From: Oikopleura dioica
Taxonomy: Eukaryota; Animalia; Chordata
DNA: 64,000 bases
Assembly: GCA_907165135.1 (NCBI GenBank)
Contig: OU015568.1
Coordinates: 4,216,001-4,280,000, forward strand
Direction of reading: 5' to 3'
Positions 1-12,158 of the stretch are shown here, one piece after another (position 1 is the stretch's first letter; every line of letters starts with the position of its first letter). Both the position numbers and the translations under genes were made by a program. The notes below the pieces were generated by a model. It did no database searches. It saw only the letters and a list, made by a program, of their open reading frames with translations, and had not been told where the DNA came from.

Positions 1-1649
1 AAGATTGGCTCAAACCCTCTTCCTCTTGCTGCCGAACTGAAAACTGTAACTATCGAATCGACCCCGATGATCCGGAGTACAATCAAAAGTGCGATTTCTG
101 CCCAGCCAACGTCGACGCTCCTGCTTTCCCAATTTTCGAAAATTCCTGTCTCGACTGCCAACGAGGCATTTTGTCGCCAGAAAAAGCTGAAGAAAGCTTC
201 AAAACATATCTTGATTACTTTTTGCTAGGTAAAAATTATCTTTCCTTTTTCTTTTTCTTACAAGTTAAGATAAACCAAACGAATTCTGCTCAAAAGGTGG
301 ATATGCGTCCTACAGTGCAGCTGTTAACTACACGATGGCGGATGAAGTCGTCTATGATTCCATCGCAGCATCAGCTTACATGGCTTATCATCCTGTCTGT
401 GTTGATTCCGTTGACTGTCAGGTACTGGCCTATTGCTTTTTGGGCATGGGACTCAATTCAGTTTAGGCAAATCTCGAGATGGGACGAGAATTAGCGCATA
501 ACATCACTTTGACGATTCGAGAAAAAGTTGCCACCATCAACAACCAGTCAGGTCTCGTTCTTGGGGATGAAGACTACGTCGACCCTGAATCCATCTCTGT
601 CTGGACTTATGCCATCTACTACCCTTACTACGAACAGTACATCACTCTTGGTGGAGATGCTTTGATTCAACTTGGTATTTGTCTCATCCCAGGTTTGAAA
701 GAAAGAGATGAAACTTGTCGTTCACGTTTCTTTAAGTTTTTGTCTTCACATTCATTCTGCTTGGATTCGACGTTGTTTCCGGACTGATAGTTTTGGTTAC
801 TGTTGGTTTGATTGTCATTGATACTTATGGCTTCTGCGTTTTGTGGGATGTTGACATGAATGCTCTAACACTTATAATTATGGGCTAAGATTAAGTAGAT
901 TCAATCAGACAAAACCTTAAAAAATCAGTTTCTTAATCTTCCTTCTCTATCAGATCGATCTTATATTAATTTTAGGTCAGGTTATCACTGTTATAATTTT
1001 ACTCATTAGAAAAGTTAGAAAGCATCCTTTTGGTTTTTGAAACAGATTTTTTCTAGAAAAAGAAGAAGCAATTAAATTAAGCCCCCTCAAGACCTGATTT
1101 CCGCTGCAGGCCTTTCCGTTGAATTCTGTGGACATACAGTCAGAACATTTGCCTTGACAACAGAAGGAACAAGAAAAGACCGAACAATCCAGACGATGTC
1201 TGTCATGGGCCCTAGTGTCCTTCTCGTAAGAAATCAACTGAAAACGAAAACTGAGTGTTTCTATTTAGGGTGTCGCTCTGACAAATTTGCCTGGAATCGT
1301 GTGCCTAAACTGGGCCAGTGCTCAGCTGATCGAAATTTTCTTCTTCAGGATGAATTTTGTCATGACTTTGCTTGGCATTGCTCATGGATTGATTCTCCTG
1401 CCGGTTATTCTCGCCTATTTCGGTGAGGCTTTCTTCATCACTCGAAACAAAAACCTTTCAGGCCCAAATCCGAACAAAGCAAAAATATACGAAGAACAGC
1501 AAGAAGCTATCGCCGAGCTTGGAAGAACTCGATCAGAAACGAAAACGGACAAAAAGACCGACTCGATCAAAATGAAGCCATCCTCCAAAATCGACCCGGC
1601 GGAGCCATCTGCGCCAGGATACGCTGATTTGGAAGAATCTGCTTTCTGA
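1..1649 (+). CDS. NPC1: Niemann-Pick C1-like sterol transporter, 3' part (gene starts upstream of the window), multi-exon
   Basis: Spliced translation gives DWLKPSSSCCR, DKPNEFCSKGGYASYSAAVNY, YAIYYPYYEQYITL, MNALTL..LISAAGLSVEFCGHTVRTF, FFFRMNFVMTLLGIAHGLILLPVILAYFG. These match the NPC1 cysteine-rich luminal loop and C-terminal TM helices. Stop at 1647-1649. Confidence 0.92.
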
Positions 1650-3225
1650 GAGAATCGGACAAAATCGGACAGAGCGAATAGGCTTGTAAAATTTTCACTG
1701 TACAAAATTAGAATTTGAAAAATCCTATGAGATTATGACAATACATCAGTTATTTGAATCTTCAAATCAATTTTCCATTTTCATTCGAGACAGAAAAAGG
1801 TTCTGAATCGCACGATCGTGAGAGAGAGAAAGAGAGAGCAAACAGAGTCAAATGTCGCGTGACTTGAACTTGAACTGTTAAGTTCACTCCAAGGTCCAGT
1901 TGTCTCTCAGACTCGATCCGAGCAGCACGCCGTGGAGACAGAGAAACATGTAAGTTCATTTGTGTAATGAGCAAAGCGCAAATAGAAGTCTGTCAGATTC
2001 GTTTTCTCCCAGACTGGGATCTCGGAAGACTTTATTCGCGAATCGCGAAGAAAAAAACGCGTGAAAATTACGACCTCTGAGTAACGTCTCAACGTCCTTG
2101 ATCAATAAAATTTCTAAAAAGGACTCTTCAAGATCGCAATTTTCAAGATTATCGTTCTAGTGATGAGTTATTTACGGGCAAATTTCGTTACAAGAAAAAT
2201 TTAAAAAATACATAAAACCATATTATTTGACCAAAACATCTATTTTCCATTGAAAATGACTGAAAAGAGCATTATTATTGCAAGTTGGAAGGCTACAAGC
2301 TCTCATCTCTTCAGAAATAAGACCTAAAATTAAAGGGTTCCGTCGATTTTTCGAAGCCGTAATGGGCCAGCTCAGGTTAATGGGATTCTTTTCTAGAGCA
2401 TTTTTCATCCCACTAACCCAAATCCTGACTTATCAAAGGCTCTGTGTAATATTTTTGCTTGTGTCTTTCTCTGTATCTTCCTCTCTCTCTCTCCGTTATT
2501 GAATTTCTTTGATCTAGAAGTTCGTGGAATTTTTATCAAAAAAATCGATAATTATTTCTCTCTTTATATTTCCCCGTCCGCCCGGAGAATATTCCGCAGG
2601 AGACGAGTGCGGTAGCTTTTATTGACTCAAAAATGCTGACTGGCACACTCTGGCTTCGTCGCTGAGACTCGATGCCAGTTCGGTCGCGATTTTGGCCTTC
2701 GTCCTTGTTCAATGATCTTTCAAAAATTTCAGAAAAATATTACAAGAAATCTTAAATCATTGAGATTTTGGATAAAAAAAATTGGATAAAAAAGTGTTTA
2801 CGAGTTCTAAAAATCTATAAAAAATGGCGAAAAAAAAAGATTTTTTTTTTATTTAAAAAAGTCGCAGATCCTGAAAAATTATTATATAAAAATTTCTCTG
2901 AGAGGTGCAAAAGCAAGAAAAAAAGATGAAAGAAGCCGCCTCTACAGAGAAAAATAAGCGCCGGAGGCGAGTCAGGGTCAGGGCAAACAAGTATTACGAG
3001 ATGACATGCTTTCGTCACGTGCCAATTCAGAATCGCAACCAGCAGATGATTCGGTTTCAATCACAAAAGAACAGGAAGATTCATTTTACAAAAAAGTACT
3101 TCTGACTAGAATTTGAACAAAGAAATCAAGGAAGAAAACACTCATTTTTCGATCGAATGATTTATTCATAAAAAATCTCTCCAGTCATCACAAAAACTTT
3201 TTTGATGGAGCAAAATGAGGGTAGT

Positions 3226-3580
3226 TCATTGTTTGACAGATGGAGTGCGCTTGACTTGAGCAGAATCTTGTTCTGTAGATGGTTGTTGAGCTTCGAACTC
3301 GACTTTTTCCAGGACAGGTTTTTCTTCGAAAACATCACATGGCTCTTAGGAATCCTCTTTTTATTACCCATTCTGTGATTTTGACTTTACCTTGTTCTTG
3401 AGCTTGTTGAACTTCTGGAGCAGCTTTTTCCGCTGGAACTTCAACTGGTTCCTCTCCCAACGATGCGCGAACCTTCTTGATCATTCCACCAACCTGGTCT
3501 AAAATGACTGTAAATCAACTCCTCCATCACATTTGAAAATCACCAGAAATGCTCTGAATTCGTTGTTGAAGACCGCTCAT
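3226..3580 (-). CDS. Small acidic hypothetical protein (~87 aa, 3 exons)
   Basis: ATG at 3580 and two short GT-AG introns join in frame to MSGLQQRIQSISDQVGGMIKKVRASLGEEPVEVPAEKAAPEVQQAQEQEPCDVFEEKPVLEK...KRTPSVKQ*. No family recognised. Confidence 0.6.
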
Positions 3581-4081
3581 TTTCGTAAATTAAAAAACTC
3601 TATGTAATCACTCTTTGCGAAAATTGAAGTAAGCTGATTATGAAGCTTTCTGCTGACTAAAAAGCAGTTAAAATCGGCGAAAGAGTCGTTTTACTTTTAT
3701 TTACGATTTATTTTAACGATGGGACCGTCTTTTACCCGGAATTTTTACGATTATTTGACACGGAAGTTAAATTTATTCATAAATTCTCAAGTTTCAACTA
3801 TCGATAAACCAAAAATCGCGAAAAAAACATCAAAAATGTCCAAAAACATAAAGCCGACCCAAACTGAATGATAAAGTTTAACTTATAATAATTTTCAATT
3901 ATCATAATTTTCAACGGGTGACTGCCCACACTTCTACTCCTATCCTGTCGCGGGCCAACACTATTGGAGTACTTTATTTTTGAATGAGTTCTTTCAAAAT
4001 ATATCTTATGAGATAAGCTCCCCCTTCAAAATAATAAATAGAAAAAGGATAGAGAAATCTCTGGTCAGAAGAAATAAGAAG

Positions 4082-7042
4082 ATGGTTTTCCTCAAATGGA
4101 CGCTGAGATTATTTATTGGAATGATTTTGCTAAGGGTTGAAAAAATTACTTGACCGCCAAAAGGGAAAAATTACCATATTTGTGCAAATTTTACTGATGT
4201 TTTTCTTGTGAGGTTGCACAGTTTGTATACCAGGTAACAGTTGGTTAACTTAGAGCTTCGTTAAGGTCGATAACAGTAACTCATTTTTGCTATAATATCC
4301 AGATAAATTACTTTTGTGAAATCTCGTACATGCAAAGAAAATAAGACTCATATGGTGAGCAAAAACTTTATTTCTAGAATCAGAAGATTGCTTGAGCTGA
4401 GCAATCTTCTGATTCTAGGATAAAGTTTCATTTTTTGCGGCGATATAAATATGAGAAAGTTATTCAATTTCTCGGACTAAACCAATTTTTGGAAGTGATA
4501 TTTTGGATCACAAATAAGATTGCTGTATTTGGCCTACCGGCCAATCAAAACCCTTTCCATAAAAATCTGTTCCGAAAATTGGTTCTACCCAATTTCTCTG
4601 GAGATAGATTAAGCTAAGCGAAATCAACCCATTCAAGTGCGATTTTGTCGATTTGGAAGGAATTTTCGACAACCATCAAGTTTTGACTACTGGCCTTCTT
4701 CGTTCACGAAAACGACGAGATGTCTCGAATTCTGACGAGGTAACTCAATCGCTGCACGAAGAAAAGAATATTGATGATGACTTCGCCATTCCCATGTCAA
4801 GAGAAGCAATCAAATGGTGCTCCGGAAGCGATGACGTCGACAACGAGTGCGATCACGTGATCGGCTTTCAGCCAGAAGCGCACTGGTTGATCTACAATCG
4901 TTATTTCTTCGACGAGCTTGATGGGATTCCAGGGGATTCTTCCGTCATCAATCAGTACCGAAACAAATGCGGTTCAAGCCGAGCCGGTCCATTCCCAAAG
5001 CTTTTCCGAGCAAATGACGATATGCAATCAAACTTCGGAATCGCGATCGAGAACTTTTTCATGCCTCCAAGTATCGAAAGCTACGGAAACTCTGCTCGCG
5101 TCAAAAATCAACTAGAACACGAGTGCCCGAATCTCAGTCCAAGTCAAACCATCAGAAGCGAAAATTTTTCAAAAGATCATTGTGAAGGTAAATTATAATG
5201 ACAGTCATTTTTATTGAAAAATAAGGGCCGTCAGAAATGGAAAATCCTCTCTTGAGAATAAGCACGGTAAAACAATCGGAGAAAAAAGAACAAGCTGTTG
5301 ACTTACTGATGTATCTTAGGACCGGTTCTCTCTTTTACTAAAAGGCTATTTGCCCTTTCAAAAGCTCCTTTCTTTTGAATAAAGAAATCAGCAAGAACCT
5401 TAAAAAGCTCCGACGATTGGGCCGGCTATACCTCCGCCCCTTCCCAGTCCTCCCTCGACGATAAAACGCGTTGCCACTCGTCCCATCTTTGTGGATACCC
5501 AATCCATTGTGACTACGACGAATGGACAATAAACGAGACAAAAAACTATTCTCGAAAGTCTCGATTCTTCTACGAAATCAACTGCAATAAATCGATGCCG
5601 ATGCTGATCGCGTTTTATCTTCTAATGATAATGTCGATTTCAACCTATGGAAATGTTCTGAGCATTGTCACTCTTGTCTCAAAGCTCAACTGTCCTCTGA
5701 AAATGAGAACTACTCGTAGGAGACATGTAAAAGTAAGTGTAAAATTGAGAATATAAATGTCTTAATTGAGATTCAGATCAAATTATCGCTTACCATCGCA
5801 GATCTGATACCAGCTATCTCTCTTTTGCCAATTATGGTTTATTACGTCCTGACAGGATATGGCAACCCGTCCCCTAGTGCTCATTACTATTACGGAATGG
5901 TCCAGGAATCAAAAGGCGCGGTCTGGGTCAATGTTTCAGGTACTAATGACTAATCGCAGTTTCGAGCCGACTTTTGACTGTTCCTAGGAGTCCTGTACAT
6001 CATCTACCTCGTCAGCACCGCCGCGAATCTTTCCCTCCTCTCTACTGAGCGATTTATTGCTTTGAAGTTTCCACTGCGAAATTTATCATTTTTGACCGAC
6101 ACTGGTTGCAACTCAATTATCTTATTCATCTGGATCATTTCGATATTCATATCTATCAGTAAGTCCCGAGTTTATTGCTCTTTTTTCTCTTATCGATGGT
6201 TTTTTTGATCAGTTCCATTTCTGATGTATGACTACTTTGGCTACTCATTTGATCCTCAAGTCTTCCTCAATAGCATTATCATCAAGGTATCAAGCCATAA
6301 AGTTGAAGACATGAAAATTCGATTTTAAGACAGACAAGACAGATGGAAGCAGACTTCATGGACTTTTTTACGTCTTCTGCGCTTTTGTCGGACCGTATTT
6401 TTACAACCTGATTCTTTGCATTCTCACTCTTGTTACTGTCCACAAGGTTGGTTACTCCACTATCTGTGGAGGTTAAAAGATCTTTAAGAGCATGAGCGAT
6501 CATCGGATATTCGACCAATCTCAAAGATACATCAGCACAGAGCGGGAAATTGCCAATTTTCAATGTAAGAACTTCAAAATTTTCGCATGAAACGTTCTCA
6601 TCCTTGATTTCAAGTTTTCCGAGTGACGGCAATTATGGTTGTTGGCTTTAGTATGACATTGCTTCCATACTCGATTATTTTGCTCTTGTTCGTCGCTGGA
6701 GTACTGACATGTGGCCCTACTACGTCGAGGATTTTTGTTTTTGCCACATTTTTCAGGTACTTTTTCCTTCGTTTTTCATGAAAAAATTCTTCTAGTCTAT
6801 CTGCGTGCGTTATAAACACAGTGGTTTACAACATTTCGTCGCAGAATTTTCAAAAAGAAGTTCTTTCATTAATTGGCATTGACAATCAATTGAGCAGTCG
6901 TTCCAGAATAGCTCAAATTGGAGTAAGTTTATGACAACATATATGGTTTTTATTGTTCTTTTTGAAGCCATCAAAGAGGATAATTGCACGCCGAACAAAT
7001 ATCAAAACGATCACAAGCGACGAACATACGCTTATGGAATGA
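4082..7042 (+). CDS. Rhodopsin-like (class A) GPCR with long N-terminal ectodomain; 5' end uncertain
   Basis: Seven TM segments across exons 5385-7042: TM1 ..MSISTYGNV, TM2 LSLTIADLI, TM3 ..LLSTERFIALKFPLR (DRY-equivalent ERF), TM6 FSMTLLPY, TM7 VINTVVY (NPxxY-like). ORF 4653-5198 splices in upstream. The putative signal exon at 4082 (MVFLKWTLRLFIGMILL) is tentative. Confidence 0.82.
4473..4586. repeat. Dispersed ~115-bp repeat, copy 1 (intronic in the GPCR gene)
   Basis: Shares ggactaaa..aataagattgctgtatttggccta..gccaatcaaaaccc..aaattggttc with 42595-42707. Confidence 0.8.
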
Positions 7043-7103
7043 ATGGTTTCTTTTATTTAATTTTTTTGTCTGCCAGATGAATCAACAGCAATAATAATCA
7101 AGT

Positions 7104-9581
7104 TCAATATTTCTCAAGAATCCAACTCGCCATTTTTTCATTGTCTGTTCTTGTCACGACGATTGGAAGATATCCGTCGCAGTCTTTGTCGAATCCAGCG
7201 ACGATTCCGTGAAGGTACCAGCCTTCTTCTTTGCCCATATAGCACATTAATGGTCCACCATTATCGTAATTGCACTAAGAAAAAGAAAGATTGAGACCTT
7301 GTCAGATTGGCAATCTGAGATTGCCCAGAAACTTACATGCTTGAAATCTGGATCATCATTTGAGTAAGTGCTCGTGTAGCAGTCCATTTCTTCTGACCAT
7401 TCATATTCAACTAGGATAAGCAATACAGAACTGCTAAGAAATCATTTTTTATTCATTACCGAAATTTGAGCTCTCAACCATTATATTCTTGATAACACTT
7501 TGACATTGAGCTGAATCGAGTCGCTATAAAATAATTTAAGTGTTGTTATACTGACCTAGGAGTTCCGACTTAGCACTCCGAAGATAGGAGTCAAAATATT
7601 GACAAACCTGAACAGTTCCATATGAGTTTCTCCGCTCTCCGTCTCGTCCTTGAAAGCCGACAGTCACACATCTGTAGGCTTCTGGCAAGGCCCATCCAAC
7701 GTGTCCAAATCGGACAGGTTTCACATATTCAGTAAATTGGAATGATTCGAAGGTTCGGAGAACACCGATGTTATTCTCGCCCGTTTTCTGACTAAATAAC
7801 TGTAATTTACTATCAATAATATTACCTCACTTGTATTCAGGATGATAGTATCGTCTCTCTAGAATTTTGACATCCCAAGCATCCCTGTCATCAGTCTGGA
7901 AATCGTTAACACCTCCGACTGCTGCATCTGCAGTTGACAGTCCTGCGAATATCTTCCTTGCACAAAAGCCGGATGTCAAAATGTTTCTGCTTGAAATGAG
8001 CACACCCGAGCACATAATCTTCGTTTGCTTATTATCTGTTATGAGAATTGACCAGGGGAAAACATCGATTTCAAGGCTGTTACTTTCTCCGATTATCTTC
8101 GGGCTTCTTGTTTTGTTGATGCTATAGAATGGACAGATGCCTTCATTTCGAGACAAGCACATCCACTGACCCTGGTGCTCAAAGCCAAAGAAATTTGATG
8201 TGACATTGACTAAAGATGGTGCAGCCGGGCTTTCGGTAGGATGGTTGGCGCTGGCTGAAAATTCGTCGAAAGTTGGTTCCGGTCTATACTCGATTCGAGT
8301 TGGAGGAGTTGGAAAGCATTTAATGTTGCAGCCTAAACAAGGATTCTCAGTTGTTGTTTCTGTGGTAGTGGTTGTTGTTGTCGTTGTTATGGTCGTCGTA
8401 GTGGAAGTGGTAATTGTTGTCGTGGTTGTTGTCGTCGTAGTAGTTGTTGAAGTTGTCGTTGTCGTTGTGGTAGTGGTAGTTCTTGTTGTAGTGGTTGTTG
8501 TTGATGTTGTCGTCGTCGTAGAGGTAGTTGTAGTTGTGGTTGTCGTAGTCGTCGTGGTAGGAGTTGTTGTTGTCGTAGTTGATGTTGTGGTTGCTGTTGT
8601 TGTCGTCGTCGTAGTGATAGTTGTAGTTATGGTTGTCGTAGTCGTTGTGGTTGAAGTAGTGGTAGTGGTAGTCGTTGTGGTCGTAGTGGTTGTTGTTGTA
8701 GTTGCTGTTGTGGTTGTCGTAGTCGTTGTCGTACTGGAGGTGGTTGTTGTAGTTGTCGTAGTCGTCGTGGTTGTCGTAATAGCAGTGGTAGTTATTGTTG
8801 TCGTAGTCGTCGTGGTTGTCGTAATAGCAGTGGTAGTTATTGTTGTCGTAGTGGTTGTTGTTGTAGTTGTGGTCGTTGTTGGAGGCGCTGTTGTACTGAT
8901 GCAGTCAGGCAACTTGCTATCTAAGCTTGGACACCAAACACAATCCTTTTCTCTTGAGCACTCCTGAAAGGTCGCGTAAAAGCTCAAGGTTGGACATGCC
9001 CGTCGATTATCACAATTTTCTCCAGGACAGTTATGTTCGTGATAGAAACACCAAGGAGTATCACGATATAATCGTGAAACTGGCTGGTAACAACAATTGT
9101 TCGCCAAGCATTCAGCTTCAGTTGTTCCATAATAGCCACAGTCGACTTTATCCTCGTTTACAGCTGTGCATTCGCTGCTTGCTAAATCACAATCGTCATT
9201 GTTTTTTGGTCGCTCGATGCATTGATATTCTTTTTCAGACGTTGCGCAGAATAAACATCCTTCTCTAGTACATTCCTCGGGCCTTACATGAAGGTGCTCC
9301 TCAGCGGTGAATTTTTTGCAGGGTTTTCTGCAGCCTTCTTCTGATGAGGGACACTGTGACTTTCCGTAAAAAGTTTCCGGTTGGAAACACCATGGTTCAT
9401 GGCTATTTTGTCCCCATTCTGACCAGCAGCAACCGGCATTAAGACAATCGTGTTCATTATCCTTGTGACAGTTTCTCAAATTATGAGTTGTTTCTACAGC
9501 ACATTGAGCCTTCCTGTCATCTCTACAGAAATTTCCAGCTAAAACGCTTTCAAAAACTAGTAAAACTAAAGTTGCTCTCAT
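7104..9581 (-). CDS. Secreted trefoil (P-domain) + Thr-rich mucin + catalytically dead trypsin-like domain protein
   Basis: Signal peptide MRATLVLLVFESVLAG. Trefoil-type motifs CLNAGCCW..PWCF and DCGYYGTTEAECLANNCCY..PWCF. Long Thr tract. Protease-fold motifs CSGVLIS..ILTSGFC, ENNIGVL and CNYDNGGPLMC, spliced to the stop at 7104-7106. Confidence 0.9.
8350..8880 (-). repeat. Coding poly-Thr (ACN)n mucin tract
   Basis: Degenerate gtt/gtc/gta/gtg triplets on the + strand, with mixed third positions as expected for a coding repeat. Encodes roughly 175 mostly Thr residues. Confidence 0.95.
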
Positions 9582-10005
9582 TTCCTCTTCTGATTTCGCA
9601 ATCCGCGTCGTAGAAACGTCAAATAATCGTGATTTTTATGTTTTGTAAAGGTCAAAAGTGGAATCGAGAAGAAGAATCAAATACTCTGTACTTTGTCTGT
9701 CTGTTACTTAACCGCTCATATTACATCATTTATTTTTAGGTGTCTAAAAAAAGATTGATCGAAAATAATCAGAATGAAAATTAAAATATTCGCTGTCAAA
9801 TGGGTTCTTTAAAAAAAAGTTTAGATTATCTGGCACGAAAACAAAAATGCCATCATCTAAGTACAGCTTTTCATCGCTTAATAACCCGAGACTCTCGAGT
9901 CGAGGGGGCGGCATACTAAGATATATCAAAAATGCATTATTAATCGGACGAGATCAAATAAAAAGGTGGAGACGAAGAAGATCAGTAGAATCAAAAGGTT
10001 GTTAA

Positions 10006-10352
10006 ATGAACTTTTTACTAAAAGGTTTGTCTCTCAAAGAAAAAATTTTGATAATTAATTTTTTTAAGGAAATTTCGGCAAACTTCTCTTCCTCGTTGGA
10101 TTTGCCCTTGCCGAACATGGCTGGATGGATTTTCTCGACAAGAGCTTTAACAACCCACGAGCCAAACGAGCCTTTCTTTTGGGTAAAAAATAAAAAAAAA
10201 AAAAAATCATAACAAATCATTTTTAAGATGACCACGATACTCAGGGTGCTCCTGATAAAAATTACGATTTGATGATGTACGATAAACGACACTTGATTCA
10301 GTCAAGAGGATTTACTGATGATGAGTGGCAAAGACTTCTTGATTTGTTTTAA
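10006..10352 (+). CDS. Putative neuropeptide/peptide-hormone precursor (85 aa, 3 exons)
   Basis: Exons 10006-10024, 10069-10182 and 10228-10352, with 44- and 45-nt GT-AG introns. Product: MNFLLKGNFGKLLFLVGFALA-EHGWMDFLDKSFNNPRA-KR-AFLLDDHDTQGAPDKNYDLMMYD-KR-HLIQSRGFTDDEWQRLLDLF*. Signal peptide plus two KR sites. Confidence 0.75.
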
Positions 10353-11047
10353 AACTTGTGCAAACTTCCTTAAATTTTTACTAGAGCAACAAGAAAGCAG
10401 TAAAATAATGACTCTTTATCGCAATTTACAACAGTGAATTGATGAATTAAATCGAAAAACGTGAGGAAGAAATGATAATATTAGTTATCGGATAATCGGA
10501 AAATCGCGCCGATTGACTTTTTGTTTCTAATTCGGCGCCATCAAACTTGCGTTTTGGCGTGAAAGGGTTTCATCCAAAGAGATTATTTGTCTAAAAGACA
10601 GCGAAAGTTAGAGAAACTGTCTTGTTTGAACATAACCGGACTTCAAATTTGTTTCAGAAAGGTTTATCAAAAGAAGATTTAAGGAAAGACTCAAGAAAAT
10701 GAATAGGGGTGAGTTATTAACACTTGGTCAAAAGAACAGTTTCTTATGGCTGCCTACTTTTTTCATGAAAAAAATCTTACGGCGAGGTTCTTAAAAGTGT
10801 ATATGAATCGGAAATTAACGATTATCTCGTAGTTATACCAAATCGTCATTTTAAAGAATAGATCTTATCTTAATCATAATCAGACCCAGTCTCGTCAAAA
10901 CATTTAAGAAAGCGAAATTAAAATAAACATAAAGATTTCGTGACCTCTCATGGATTTTTCAACAGCGCCACCGCGCGTGCTTTATCTGAATAAAATGACG
11001 CGTAATTTCGGATATTTATTCATATTCAAATTTTGAAGAAGAGAATA

Positions 11048-11830
11048 ATGAAGCTTTTTCAATTTTTCGCTGCGTCAACTTTTGCTCAAACGGTAAAAAA
11101 AGAGAAACATTTTTTATAATTTTCTTTGAAGTGAAGAAATTTTGCGGTAATTGAAAATTATTTTCAGCTTGACAACTCATTCTGGTCCTGTGACTTCGCT
11201 TTTGATTACTACGCCCTCGAAGCTCAAAACTCCTCGCTGCCAGACGGAGCTCGTTTCATTTCGAAAGGAACTCCAGCTTCAAAGGATTCCGTCAACGGTT
11301 TCATGAAAAGCGAAATCCGTGATGTGGTCTGCGGCGAATCTCAGAATCTTCTGGGCACAAGTCGAAGTGAAACTGAACGAGCAGAGACTCCATCGTGGTT
11401 TTGGAACGAGGCACAAGAAGATGGCAGTCTTCTGGTTCGATTTTGCTGCGAGCCAAGTCAGTACTTGGAGCCGATTGACGAGCTGAATAGAATTTTTGCT
11501 CTTGGAGGAAAGGCTGGAAATGAACAACTTGATGGCTTGTTGAAAAGAATGAAAACAGACTACAGGAAGAAAGTGGCAAAAGGATACGCGGAGACTGATG
11601 CTATTCATTTGTAAGTTTTTTTCGACCAAGAAATGGCGAATTGATTAAATATTTCATAATTTAGCCCATTCAATCTCTTCGAAAACGAGTGTGACCATCT
11701 TGCCGAATTCGCCCGAGTTTTGAAAAACTGGTCCAGCGTTCACAATTACAATTACACCAATCAAAATGGCCGCCGACACGCAAAATTTGTCCGAGAAATC
11801 GACGAAGCTTTCCTCCAGTTCGGATGTTGA
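11048..11830 (+). CDS. Secreted protein of unknown function (~220 aa, 3 exons)
   Basis: Exon 1 MKLFQFFAASTFAQT (11048-11092) splices to LDNSFWSCDFAFDYY... and, via a GTAAG intron, ends ...AKFVREIDEAFLQFGC*. Confidence 0.7.
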
Positions 11831-12158
11831 TGATGCAGAAAAACCATCAGTTCTCCCTGTAATATGCCTTTACTAACACTTTTTTTAATAAAAATGAATG
11901 AAAAACGTCTTCGTTGATTTCCAGGAAAAAAGAGGTTTATATAAGATTTTCTCTAGAAATGTTATCATACGGTAAAAAATCTTGATAAAAATACGCAGTT
12001 TTAAAAAGAAGAAAAAATGAAGAGGAAACACTCCGCAGCGGTAGATCAAGAACTGCAGCATACTGATTCTGCCTGCAGGAACTGGTCATTGAAAATTTCA
12101 TGAAGCTGTTTTTTTTAATTTATCACCAAAAATAAGTCATCTAACAACAGTTAGCGAT

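Noticed and set aside
1760-3110. Short ORFs and exon-like fragments between NPC1 and the 3226 gene
   Set aside because: Could not assemble a consistent spliced frame; no recognisable domain.
8200-8967. 255-aa poly-Val ORF on the + strand
   Set aside because: Antisense shadow of the poly-Thr mucin exon; (GTN)n has no stops by construction.
4082-10352. GPCR and nearby peptide precursor as a ligand-receptor pair
   Set aside because: Only proximity supports this, and the receptor does not visibly show CCK-receptor-specific features.
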